Below are positions 16,802 through 25,233 of a DNA stretch of 36,183 nucleotides, in pieces (within the stretch, counting starts at the first letter, position 1; each line of letters starts with the position of its first letter). Made by a program: the position numbers and the translations under genes. Under the pieces are notes generated by a model. That model had not been told where the DNA came from. It saw only the letters and a program-made list of their open reading frames with translations, and did not search any database. The DNA is from Hadesarchaea archaeon DG-33. GTDB taxonomy: Archaea; Hadarchaeota; Hadarchaeia; Hadarchaeales; Hadarchaeaceae. The stretch spans positions 1 to 36,183 of the forward strand of contig LQHI01000062.1 in assembly GCA_001515185.1 (NCBI GenBank). Direction: 5' to 3'.

Positions 16802-18160
16802 ATGGACGAAAAATCTTCAGGGAACCCTTCGCGAGGTCGAGAGCAAATGCTAATGCTGAAGCCACATTTCAGCACCAACCCTCAAGGACATCTTGTGATT
16901 GGGGGCGCCGATGCGGTCGAACTCGCCGAGCGATTTGGGACCCCTTTATACGTGGTCGATGAGCAACGAATGCGCGAGAATTACAGGCGCGTCTACCACG
17001 CCTTTGCCGAACGATGGCCAAGCGTATTTGTCTGCTATGCCCTCAAGGCTAACTCCAACTTGGCGATTTGCAAAATCATGCAGAGCGAGAATGCGGGTGC
17101 GGAGGTTAGCTCCGGCAATGAACTCCGAAACGCCCTGAATGTTGGCGTTCCTGGTGAGAGGGCAATCTTTAACGGCAACCACAAATCACCTCCGGAGCTC
17201 GAGTACGCGATAACCAACAATGTTCTAATAAACGTCGACAGTTTTCAAGAACTTAATGTGGTTGAAAGCATCGCCTCACGGATTGGGAAAAAGGCAAGGA
17301 TAGGGTTTAGGGTGAACCCCGACGTGGAGACACCGACTCACCCATACATAGCCACGGGACTCCGGGAGAGCAAATTTGGGTTTGATGTTGCGAGTGGGCA
17401 GGCGCTTGAGGCGTACAAACTCGCGTCAAAAATGACGAACGTCGAGGTTGTCGCCATCCATGCTCATATCGGCTCTCAAATCCTCGATGTCGGGCCCTTC
17501 GAGGAGGAGGCCGAGAAACTCATGGCTCTAGTAGTCGAGATTAAAAAAAGTTTTAATATTAACCTTCAATTCGTCGATTTCGGAGGCGGTATCGGCGTCC
17601 CCTATAAACCAGATGACCCAGAGCTCAAACCCGAGCAAGTGGCAGAACGCATAGTGACTGTGGTCAAGCGGGTCGTCGAAGAAAAGAATCTCACAAAACC
17701 GACAATTGTCTTTGAACCGGGGCGGAGCATAATCGCCGACGCAAGTGTGTTGCTGGCGCGTGTCGGCTACACCAAGGAGCGACCCGGGATGCCAACATGG
17801 GTGGCGGTCGACGCAGGGATGAACGCGCTGATTAGGCCGGCCCTCTACGGCGCCTATCACCATATTGAACTAGCGAACAAAATCCTAGAAAAAAATGAGA
17901 AACTCTTCAATGTCGCTGGCCCCCTTTGTGAGTCTGGCGATTTCTTGGGTAAGGAACGCAAGTTGCCTGCCACCGAACCCGGAGATCTGGCTGTGATTTT
18001 CGATGTTGGAGCCTACGGCTTAGCGGTGTCGAACCAGCATACCGCTCAGCCCCGCCCGGCGATGGTCTTGGTCAACCGTGGCAAGGCCGAGATCGTCCGA
18101 AAGCGGGAAAGTTATGAAGACCTGACTCGCCTCGACCAAATCCCCGGGTGGCTGAAGTGA
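16802..18160 (+). CDS. lysA: Diaminopimelate decarboxylase
   Basis: PLP fold-III decarboxylase motifs: YALKANSN (PLP Lys), HAHIGSQ, GGGIGVPY, EPGRSI, GPLCESGD. The start may be a downstream Met (MLMLKP). Confidence 0.9.
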   Translation: MDEKSSGNPSRGREQMLMLKPHFSTNPQGHLVIGGADAVELAERFGTPLYVVDEQRMRENYRRVYHAFAERWPSVFVCYALKANSNLAICKIMQSENAGAEVSSGNELRNALNVGVPGERAIFNGNHKSPPELEYAITNNVLINVDSFQELNVVESIASRIGKKARIGFRVNPDVETPTHPYIATGLRESKFGFDVASGQALEAYKLASKMTNVEVVAIHAHIGSQILDVGPFEEEAEKLMALVVEIKKSFNINLQFVDFGGGIGVPYKPDDPELKPEQVAERIVTVVKRVVEEKNLTKPTIVFEPGRSIIADASVLLARVGYTKERPGMPTWVAVDAGMNALIRPALYGAYHHIELANKILEKNEKLFNVAGPLCESGDFLGKERKLPATEPGDLAVIFDVGAYGLAVSNQHTAQPRPAMVLVNRGKAEIVRKRESYEDLTRLDQIPGWLK

Positions 18161-19386
18161 GTCGAATTGTAGTCAAGTTTGGAGGAACCAGCATAGTGAA
18201 TGGCGAACGCATACGCTTAGGGGCAAAAGCCGTCTATCGAGAGTACAAGAAGGGTACCGAAGTGGCAGTGGTTGTGTCCGCAATGGGGCACACAACCGAT
18301 GAGCTAATTAAAGCGGCAAAAGCGGGCACTGATGGCGGGGTGGACGCCCGAGAACTCGATGATATCATGGCAATGGGGGAGCAAACGAGTGCTCGAGTAT
18401 TCGCTGCAGCGTTGCGTAGCCTTGGGGCGGATGCAAGGTATATTGACCCCAAGCAACGTGAGTGGCCGGTAGTGACTGACAGCAACTTTGGCTCGGCTAA
18501 CGTGAATCTGGTCGAGACGAGGATGCGAGTCCAAAAGTTCATTTTGCCTTTGGTGAAAAAGCGTGTGATTCCGGTAATGTGCGGTTTTTTGGGCAAAGAT
18601 AAGCAAGGCAATATAACAACAATCGGACGTGGAGGCAGCGATATAACGGGTTTCCTTGTGGGAGAATGCTTAGACGCGAATGAGGTGATTATAGTCACCG
18701 ATGCCGAGGGGGTTATGACCGCTGATCCCAACAAAATCAAGAGAGCACAGTTAATAAAGCGCATCTCAGTAGAAGAAATGCGTGACCTAGCGCGCTTTGG
18801 GGCGCAGGTAATGCATCCCCGAGCTATGAGTTATAAAAATCCCCACATAAACGCTAAGGTTATACACTTCCGCTACGGTAATTTATCTGTTCGGGGCACA
18901 ACTATCGTGGGACCAAAGGAGGTCGAATCTGTGAGCGTTCGAGCGTACGAAAAACCGCTTGCGATGCTGACGATAGTCGGAAAAGAAATGCAGACCACGC
19001 CAGGGATACTTGTAAAGTCCGCAACCCCCCTAACTAGAGCGGGCATAAACATCTTCGGCATCTCGATCGGCCCAAGGTCTTTCTCGATCTACGTTATGGA
19101 GGAAGATTCCAGCCGAGCACTTGAGCTGCTGCACAAAAGCATAATTCTAAACAGAAAGATGAAATCAGTGACGAGCGAGAACAACATCGCATTGCTCATA
19201 GCGGAAAGTGAACGCTTCATCTACACGCCGGGTGCTATAACCAAATTGTCGGAACCTCTCGCGCGAGCTCGGATAAATGTCATTGAAATCTTCTCGAGCC
19301 GGGCGTCGATTAGCTTCTTCGTCAACTGGGACGACCGGAAGAAAGCCCTGCGGCTGCTCAAGCAGTCTATGAAGGAGGTTAAATGA
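18148..19386 (+). CDS. lysC: Aspartate kinase
   Basis: VVKFGGTS, VVVSAMGHTTDELI and GRGGSD motifs with C-terminal ACT repeats. GTG start overlapping the lysA stop. Confidence 0.9.
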   Translation: MAEVSRIVVKFGGTSIVNGERIRLGAKAVYREYKKGTEVAVVVSAMGHTTDELIKAAKAGTDGGVDARELDDIMAMGEQTSARVFAAALRSLGADARYIDPKQREWPVVTDSNFGSANVNLVETRMRVQKFILPLVKKRVIPVMCGFLGKDKQGNITTIGRGGSDITGFLVGECLDANEVIIVTDAEGVMTADPNKIKRAQLIKRISVEEMRDLARFGAQVMHPRAMSYKNPHINAKVIHFRYGNLSVRGTTIVGPKEVESVSVRAYEKPLAMLTIVGKEMQTTPGILVKSATPLTRAGINIFGISIGPRSFSIYVMEEDSSRALELLHKSIILNRKMKSVTSENNIALLIAESERFIYTPGAITKLSEPLARARINVIEIFSSRASISFFVNWDDRKKALRLLKQSMKEVK

Positions 19387-20267
19387 TGTTCGAGGGCGCC
19401 CTGACTGCGATGGTCACGCCCTTCGACAACGATGGAAAAATCGACGAGGAAGGGCTTCGCGAAAATGTGAAATTTCAAATCAAAAGTGGCATCCATGGGC
19501 TAGTGCCGGTTGGGACAACAGGCGAATGCGCAACGCTTTCCTATGAAGAACACAACCACGTTGTCGAAATCGTTGTCGATGCGGCGAAGAGAAAAGTGCC
19601 CGTGCTGGCTGGCACTGGGAGCAACAGCACATGGGAGGCAATCATGCTCACGAAACACGCAAAGGAAGTGGGCGCGGACGGAGCGCTACTCGTGGTGCCC
19701 TATTATAACAAGCCAACGCAAGCCGGCCTTTACCAGCACTACAAGCGGCTCGCAGAGGAGGTCGACTTACCCCAAGTGATTTACAACATCCCCTCGCGCA
19801 CGGGCGTCAACATGCAGCCTGAGACAATGGCGAAACTGGCCAAGCTGAATAACATCGTGGGAGTAAAGGAGGCAAGCGGAGACCTAGAGCAAATCGTGCG
19901 GATAATTGGGTTGACTCGCGGCGAAAATTTCATTGTGATCTCTGGCGATGATTCACTGACTCTCGAAATTATGAAACGGGGAGGAGTCGGCGTCATCTCG
20001 GTTACATCAAACCTCGTGCCTGATAAGGTGGTTAAGATTGTAGACTCTTTTCGGTCCGGTGATATTGAGACAGCAAAACGGATTAACGACGAATTAGCAC
20101 CGCTGTTCAAGGCGTTGTTCATCGAGACCAACCCAGGGCCCGTCAAGATGGCCATGAACTTGATAGGGATGGCCGCTGGAGGGCTCAGGCTCCCATTAGT
20201 CGAGCTCGAGCCGGAGAACCGGAAAAAATTGCGCAAGGTTCTAGTCGACATGGGATTGATGAAATGA
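19383..20267 (+). CDS. dapA: 4-hydroxy-tetrahydrodipicolinate synthase
   Basis: TPF..DG.ID, GTTGE, YYNKPTQ, YNIPSRTG and the KEASGD catalytic-Lys motif. ATGA overlap with lysC. Confidence 0.95.
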   Translation: MMFEGALTAMVTPFDNDGKIDEEGLRENVKFQIKSGIHGLVPVGTTGECATLSYEEHNHVVEIVVDAAKRKVPVLAGTGSNSTWEAIMLTKHAKEVGADGALLVVPYYNKPTQAGLYQHYKRLAEEVDLPQVIYNIPSRTGVNMQPETMAKLAKLNNIVGVKEASGDLEQIVRIIGLTRGENFIVISGDDSLTLEIMKRGGVGVISVTSNLVPDKVVKIVDSFRSGDIETAKRINDELAPLFKALFIETNPGPVKMAMNLIGMAAGGLRLPLVELEPENRKKLRKVLVDMGLMK

Positions 20268-21037
20268 TTCGAGTTGCCGTCTGCGGTGCTTGCGGGCGAA
20301 TGGGCAGGCTAATCGTTCACCAAGTCGCGAAACAAGCGGACATGGAGTTAGTTGCGGCCATCGATGCCCATGGTACCCCAAGCGCAGGAGAGGACGCCGG
20401 GAAACTCGCCGGCGTGGGTGAACTCGGCGTAAAGATCGTTGGCGCAGACAAACTGGCTGAGACGCTGAAGAGATTAAACCCAGATGTCTTAGTGGACTTC
20501 ACCACAGCAGATGCCACAGTTCAGAACGTCAAAACTGCATCCCAAACGGGCGTTTCTGTGGTTGTGGGTACTACCGGGTTCACAGCCGAACAGCGGGTTG
20601 AAATGGAGGAAGCCGTGAAAAAGGGAAAAATCCGGGCAATCATCTCACCAAACATGTCGATCGGCGTGAATGTATTTTTCAAATCGGCAAAGGAAACTGC
20701 AAGGATGTTGGGCAGCGATTACGGAGTAGAGATTGTTGAAGCGCATCACGTGCACAAGCGCGACGCACCCAGCGGAACCGCGCGGAGGATTGCGCATATC
20801 ATCGCGAGGGAATTCAACTGGAGCGAAGATAAAATCAAAATTAAATCGATTAGAGAAGGCGAAATTGTCGGTGAACACACGGTGATATTTTCCACACCGG
20901 AGGAGCGGGTCGAGATCATCCATCGTGCACAGAGTCGTGAGACGTTTGCTGCCGGGGCAATGAAGGCAATCCGCTACGTCGTGGAAAAAGGCAAGCCAGG
21001 CGTTGTAGAAGACATGCAGAATGTTTTGGGTTTATAG
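20264..21037 (+). CDS. dapB: 4-hydroxy-tetrahydrodipicolinate reductase
   Basis: N-terminal Rossmann motif (VAVCGACGRMG) and the signature EAHHVHKRDAPSGTA. ATGA overlap with dapA. Confidence 0.9.
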   Translation: MIRVAVCGACGRMGRLIVHQVAKQADMELVAAIDAHGTPSAGEDAGKLAGVGELGVKIVGADKLAETLKRLNPDVLVDFTTADATVQNVKTASQTGVSVVVGTTGFTAEQRVEMEEAVKKGKIRAIISPNMSIGVNVFFKSAKETARMLGSDYGVEIVEAHHVHKRDAPSGTARRIAHIIAREFNWSEDKIKIKSIREGEIVGEHTVIFSTPEERVEIIHRAQSRETFAAGAMKAIRYVVEKGKPGVVEDMQNVLGL

Positions 21038-21070
21038 TCTATTGCGCTCATTTAGTGAAACGGGAGTACC

Positions 21071-22114
21071 TTGTCTAGCGTAATTCATTTTTGTAGGAGA
21101 GAAGAGGATTTTTATAACATAGGCGAAATCGCCATAGCTTATTCGATCAGAGACATGCTACGCCCCCGTTTGAAACCATTTACCTACACTCCGGGCGAGG
21201 TCAAAGAACTAGAAAAACCGCAACCCACCGAGTTTGTCGAGACAATCAACCGGCATGATATTTGCGTAATCGGGGGAGGAGGATTATACTCCAAATTTTT
21301 TCTCCCGATGGATGCTAAAGTTATCAAATCGATAGAAATACCGATTGTGCTCTATGGGATAGGCTACATCAGAAATCTCGGAGACAAGGAACTAACTCAT
21401 GAACAAATAGAAAGCGTTCGATTATTGAACACATGCGCCAAGCTCACCTCCGTTCGGGACGAATACACCGGTAAATTTTTGAGAGATTTAGGAGTAAGCG
21501 ACGTACACGTAACTGGTGATCCCGCAATTTTTCTCGATTCTGAAGAGACTAGCCAAGTTGTCCTAGATGATAGTAAAATAAAGATAGGTATAAACGTGGC
21601 TTGCCACTACTGGGCGCTATACCCTAAATATTTGTACACGACAATTGACGAGTACACCAAAGCTTGCGAATTTTTAATCAATCATCTAAACGCAGAAATC
21701 GTATATTTAGCACACCACCCCGATGAGCACCACGTTGTTGAGATAATGAGGAAGAAAAAATTGCCGCTCAAAGTGGTGGATACATCCCCCAACCCATACA
21801 AAATGAAATTCATTTACGGCAAACTGGATTTGGTCATTGGAATGATGATGCATTCCACAGTACTGGCGTTCGGAAGCGGAACCCCAATAGTAAATGTTGC
21901 CTACGACGCCAAAAATTACAATTTCATGGAGTTCATTGGTCAAAAAGATAAAGTAATAGATGTCAGAAACGCTAATCAGGAAAATATTAAGGAAGTCTCA
22001 TTGCGTACTTTCGATGATTCGGAAAATATCAAGAAAGATTTCAGGGCTCTAAAGCGTAAACTGTGGGCACAACAAGAAGAGTTCCTAACAAAAATTAGCA
22101 AATTGCCAACCTAA
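21071..22114 (+). CDS. Polysaccharide pyruvyl transferase family protein (CsaB/WcaK-like)
   Basis: YNIGEIAI (NxGD-like), ICVIGGGGLYS, VRDEYTGKFLRDLGV...TGDPAIFL and MMMHSTVLAFGSGTPIVNVAYDAKN match the PS_pyruv_trans pattern. TTG start. Spot GC is about 37-40%, against about 52% in dapB. Confidence 0.7.
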   Translation: MSSVIHFCRREEDFYNIGEIAIAYSIRDMLRPRLKPFTYTPGEVKELEKPQPTEFVETINRHDICVIGGGGLYSKFFLPMDAKVIKSIEIPIVLYGIGYIRNLGDKELTHEQIESVRLLNTCAKLTSVRDEYTGKFLRDLGVSDVHVTGDPAIFLDSEETSQVVLDDSKIKIGINVACHYWALYPKYLYTTIDEYTKACEFLINHLNAEIVYLAHHPDEHHVVEIMRKKKLPLKVVDTSPNPYKMKFIYGKLDLVIGMMMHSTVLAFGSGTPIVNVAYDAKNYNFMEFIGQKDKVIDVRNANQENIKEVSLRTFDDSENIKKDFRALKRKLWAQQEEFLTKISKLPT

Positions 22115-22139
22115 AAATTAATCAAGATTGTAATCGCTA

Positions 22140-22148
22140 TTTTTTTCT
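22140..22148 (+). terminator. Oligo-T tract (TTTTTTTCT) downstream of the pyruvyl transferase gene
   Basis: A run of seven Ts lies 26 nt after the stop codon. This is the archaeal intrinsic-termination style. Confidence 0.4.
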
Positions 22149-22343
22149 CAAAGAAGATGGTTTTCTTTGCTTATGGAAGGGGCAAGGTAACCCACGCCTA
22201 CAGAATCTACACTTCTCGGGTTTAGGCGGAGCTGGAAGCGGCCCGACCATGTGTCCATACTTACGGCGGGGCATCTAGACACCAAAATCTTTTCACCTTG
22301 CCAAATTAAATAATCTTGAAAGTATAATATAGCGGGCGATAGA

Positions 22344-23483
22344 ATGGCAAAAATCCCAGTTGCTGTCTTGGGCGCGACGGGCGAGGTTGGGCAGAAATTT
22401 GTAATCAACCTCCAGAGGCACCCGTGGTTCGAGCTCACGGCATTGTATGCATCGGAAAGGTCCGCTGACAAGACTTATGCGGACGCACTAAACTATGGAA
22501 AGGAAAATTCAAGATGGTTTTGTAAGGGGATGCCTAGCGAAAAAATTCTAGGCATGACAGTACGGAATCTTAGCAACGTGCACCCTGAAGAAAACAGCTT
22601 GTTCTTTTCAGCATTACCCTCGGAAACAGCACTAGAGGTCGAGGGAAAAATCGCAGGGGAAAAGCCAGTGGTCAGCACGGCTTCCGCATACCGTTATTTC
22701 GACGACAGCTTCGTATACCTGCCAGGTGTGAACGAGTTACATGCGGGCATCATAGATGTGCAACAAAAAGGCAGGGGTTGGAAGGGATTTGTCGTGCCTC
22801 AGCCTAACTGCACGACTATAGGTTTAGTAATGTCGTTGAAGCCTGTGCACGATGAGTTCGGACTTGAGCACGTGACGATGGCTTCGATGCAGTCCGTGTC
22901 CGGCGCGGGGTATGGTGCGGTCAGGAGCTGGGCCGAACAGCGAAAGGTACAGGGGTCCGACCTTCCGGCTGAGCTTGAGGAATTTTCCCAAGGTGTCTTC
23001 GAGGGTAACGTCATTCCGTACATTCACATGGAAGAAGAAAAAGTCAGAAAAGAAACGATGAAGCTCCTCGGAGAATTCAGCGCGGGTAAAATCAGACCCG
23101 CGGGATTCAAGATTGCATGCAAATGTAATCGCGTCCCGGTCCTCGACGGCCACACGGAGTCCGTTTTCATTGAGACCACGAAAGGATGCAGTATTGATGC
23201 GCTAAAAGAAGTTTGGAAAAGCTATCGGGGCGAACCGCATAAACTAGCATTACCTACAGCACCCAAGCAGCCGATAATAGTCATGGGGGAAATCGACAGG
23301 CCCCAGCCGAGGTTCGATGCAGCCATGGAAGGTGGCATGGTCGCAATCATCGGAGGAGTGGAAGCGAACGCTTTTGACAATGGCTTCCAGTACACCGTGC
23401 TCTCACACAACACCGAGCTCGGTGCAGCGAAGGGTGCGGTGCTAGCAGCTGAGTACCTTAACAAAATTGGGCTAATCAAATGA
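22344..23483 (+). CDS. asd: Aspartate-semialdehyde dehydrogenase
   Basis: VAVLGATGEVGQKF (NADP site), QPNCTTIGL (active-site Cys) and SVSGAGY. A/T-rich boxes (AAATTAAATAA, GTATAATATA) lie 15-40 nt upstream. Confidence 0.9.
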   Translation: MAKIPVAVLGATGEVGQKFVINLQRHPWFELTALYASERSADKTYADALNYGKENSRWFCKGMPSEKILGMTVRNLSNVHPEENSLFFSALPSETALEVEGKIAGEKPVVSTASAYRYFDDSFVYLPGVNELHAGIIDVQQKGRGWKGFVVPQPNCTTIGLVMSLKPVHDEFGLEHVTMASMQSVSGAGYGAVRSWAEQRKVQGSDLPAELEEFSQGVFEGNVIPYIHMEEEKVRKETMKLLGEFSAGKIRPAGFKIACKCNRVPVLDGHTESVFIETTKGCSIDALKEVWKSYRGEPHKLALPTAPKQPIIVMGEIDRPQPRFDAAMEGGMVAIIGGVEANAFDNGFQYTVLSHNTELGAAKGAVLAAEYLNKIGLIK

Positions 23484-23584
23484 AAAACGTGGCATCCTAA
23501 AGGATAACCACGGTGTACCTATGCGGCAATTGAAAGCGAGCAATATTGTTACAGGCTATCTTAAGTGAGGCTAGCACAGGATAG

Positions 23585-24202
23585 TCAGCGACTTCTTAGG
23601 AGTGGACGAAATATTTTCTGTAATAGCTTGCGCTCGCGAACCTTCTTGTATATGAGAAAGGCGAATGTCACGGCAATCAATATCAAATAAAGCACCAATG
23701 GACTGGGCAGGGCCCCCACAATTCCGGCAAATACAAAGGTCCAGAAAATGCTGGAAATCACCGCACCGACAGCGATGGATGCGAGGATCGTCTTCTTCTT
23801 TATGTTTAGTATGTAAGCACAGAGGGCCGCCCAAGAGACGCCAACCAAAAATGTGAATCCAACCACACCGAGAGCAAAACCGAACTGTCCCGTTCGGCGC
23901 TCAAATTTTCGTATGTAACCGTCAATGTCTACCCTGAATCTTTTAGATTTAGCCGCCGCGTACCCCATAACACGGGAGATAATACGATTTTTGTAACGCA
24001 TGCTATATCCAATAAATTCGAAAAACCCAAACCATACTGGCACGAGAGTCGCGTGGATGATACTAACAGCGATTGCGGTGTCAAAAGTCGACATTCCTTG
24101 GGCAAACGCGAACGGTATAGAGCCAAATGGGCCCAAGAGCAGAGTCAGCGCGACCAACCCGATAATAGACATAATCAACCCCTTATTGACTTCCTTAGGC
24201 AA
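23585..24202 (-). CDS. Integral membrane protein (4-5 TM); possibly small multidrug-export-like (COG2426), family uncertain
   Basis: Hydrophobic segments throughout. The likely true start is ATG 24172 (MSIIGLV), preceded by AAGGGG, rather than the TTG at 24202. Confidence 0.5.
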   Translation of the reverse strand: MPKEVNKGLIMSIIGLVALTLLLGPFGSIPFAFAQGMSTFDTAIAVSIIHATLVPVWFGFFEFIGYSMRYKNRIISRVMGYAAAKSKRFRVDIDGYIRKFERRTGQFGFALGVVGFTFLVGVSWAALCAYILNIKKKTILASIAVGAVISSIFWTFVFAGIVGALPSPLVLYLILIAVTFAFLIYKKVRERKLLQKIFRPLLRSR

Positions 24203-24215
24203 TCAAACCAGATAA

Positions 24216-24429
24216 GGTAGCGGGGAGTGGAAATTCCGAGAGAGGTTTTACGCCACTCTCTCTTGAACCACTGACCTCCGGGTCTCGCAGGAGCGCCAAA
24301 CTCACGGCTTGACGCCTTATGAGCTTCGCCCGTGGTTTTCCACGACCGGCGGGCACTCCATGCTGCCGTAGGGGCAGAGTAGTTTTCCTACTGCTGCTCT
24401 ACCCCGCTGCAGGTAGCTACCCCGCTACC
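24216..24429 (-). ncRNA. Unclassified highly structured RNA candidate (about 214 nt): either an independent ncRNA or a 5' leader of the downstream membrane-protein gene
   Basis: No ORF of 60 aa or more in any frame. GC-rich island in an AT-rich spacer. A perfect 10-bp terminal helix (24216-24225 with 24420-24429) encloses at least 5 hairpins. At three positions the pair is G.U on the minus strand but A.C on the plus strand. A TATA-like box sits about 26 nt upstream of the 5' end. Confidence 0.45.
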
Positions 24430-24451
24430 GTGAATTCGTCTGATTTTTCGG

Positions 24452-24459
24452 GATAAATG
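24452..24459 (-). promoter_or_regulatory. TATA-like box (CATTTATC on the minus strand) positioned for a transcript starting at about 24429
   Basis: Its centre is about 26 nt upstream of the first G of the terminal helix GGTAGCGGGG, the canonical archaeal TATA-to-TSS spacing. Confidence 0.4.
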
Positions 24460-24630
24460 ATTTGTGTTTCTAAAAGCAGCAAGTGCAATGCCGAGATTTT
24501 TTATCAATACAAAAGAACCCACCGCCAACAAACAACCCAACTAAGTATCCTCTTTCAGCCGCGTCTAATTAGTGTATTCAATTTCTTTTGGCGGTACCCA
24601 CATTCACCCGCCGAGGCTTTGGGTGGAGTT

Positions 24631-24650
24631 CTTTATAAAGAGAAAAACTC
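24631..24650 (-). terminator. T-rich tract (GAGTTTTTCTCTTTATAAAG on the minus strand) immediately after the stop of the 24652-25143 gene
   Basis: The oligo-T run starts 2 nt after the TAG stop (24652-24654). It contains a palindromic TTTATAAA that could also act as a TATA box. Confidence 0.35.
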
Positions 24651-24651
24651 G

Positions 24652-25143
24652 CTACTGTTGGGGTCCTAGCTCAGCAGGTTTTAAGAATTTGCGCAGCAGG
24701 CCCCCCAGCACGGCGCCAACGCCGACAATGGCCACCAACATAAAAGCATAGAGAAACATGTCCCCATATAGCAGGAATAATACCTCTTCATGACTAGCCT
24801 GAGGAACTACGATATCAGAGACGCCTCGTGTGAAGAGGAGGAACATGTTCGCGAGGATAGGGCTGCAAATAATTAAAGTACCGTTCAACCCCCCAGCTCG
24901 AAATTGACTCCACCAGCCTCTGACCTCCCGAGCGAGCAAGTAGCCGGTAACCGCGCCACCTATAAAAAAGGTGAAGATCCCCCCTACAAAAAGTAAGCTG
25001 ACGCCCGCCCCGAATAAAAAGCCATAAAGTACGGGTCGTAGGTAAAGCCGTCGATCGAGTTTTCGGCCTAACAAGAATAACAAGACCCCTATGAGAACCA
25101 CTGCGACAACGCTATAGAGCAATCCAAATGTAAAGTCGTCCAT
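24652..25143 (-). CDS. Hypothetical integral membrane protein (about 5 TM)
   Basis: 163-aa ORF with Gly/Leu/Phe-rich hydrophobic helices. No family recognised. Confidence 0.5.
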   Translation of the reverse strand: MDDFTFGLLYSVVAVVLIGVLLFLLGRKLDRRLYLRPVLYGFLFGAGVSLLFVGGIFTFFIGGAVTGYLLAREVRGWWSQFRAGGLNGTLIICSPILANMFLLFTRGVSDIVVPQASHEEVLFLLYGDMFLYAFMLVAIVGVGAVLGGLLRKFLKPAELGPQQ

Positions 25144-25233
25144 CGCTGCACCTTAAATCTTAGAGATTAATAAATGTGTCTTGGTGAGAAACTTTTAGGT
25201 TATCCCGAAGAGTGTTAAAATGGGGTTACGACC

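Noticed and set aside
22115-22343. 229-bp spacer before asd, scanned for a tRNA, riboswitch or small gene, including the 107-aa minus ORF 22148-22471.
   Set aside because: I found only a weak CGCCTA/TAGGCG pairing and A/T-rich promoter-like boxes, with no cloverleaf and no conserved motif I recognise. The minus ORF overlaps the asd start and has no supporting features.
23488-23512. Nested hairpin (CGTGG-ATCC-TAAA-GGAT-CCACG) right after the asd stop, as a possible terminator.
   Set aside because: No adjacent oligo-T tract, which is the main archaeal termination signal. Too short to interpret, so I did not list it as a feature.
24216-24300. Plus-strand resemblance to cobalamin-riboswitch motifs (GUGGAAAUUCC, CCACUG, CCCCGCUGCAGGUA).
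   Set aside because: The motif order does not match the cobalamin consensus. No plausible regulated gene lies downstream on the plus strand. The helices show A.C mismatches on the plus strand where the minus strand has G.U.
24216-24429. Considered calling the structured element SRP (7S) RNA, RNase P RNA or an intron-containing tRNA.
   Set aside because: At about 214 nt it is too short for archaeal SRP RNA (about 300 nt). It lacks the helix-8 GGAA tetraloop with a 3' AGCA loop. It has no RNase P CR-I/CR-V motifs (GGAAAGUCC, ACAGAA). It has no cloverleaf with a GTTCRAATC T-loop next to a 7-bp acceptor. A CUCAUAA stretch looks like a Met anticodon loop but has no matching stem.
24457-24669. 70-aa plus-strand ORF in the spacer.
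   Set aside because: It lies in AT-rich intergenic DNA containing promoter and terminator-like tracts. It has an odd composition (Q/K/S/F-rich), no SD, and runs into the 3' end of the opposite-strand membrane gene. No recognisable family, so most likely non-coding.
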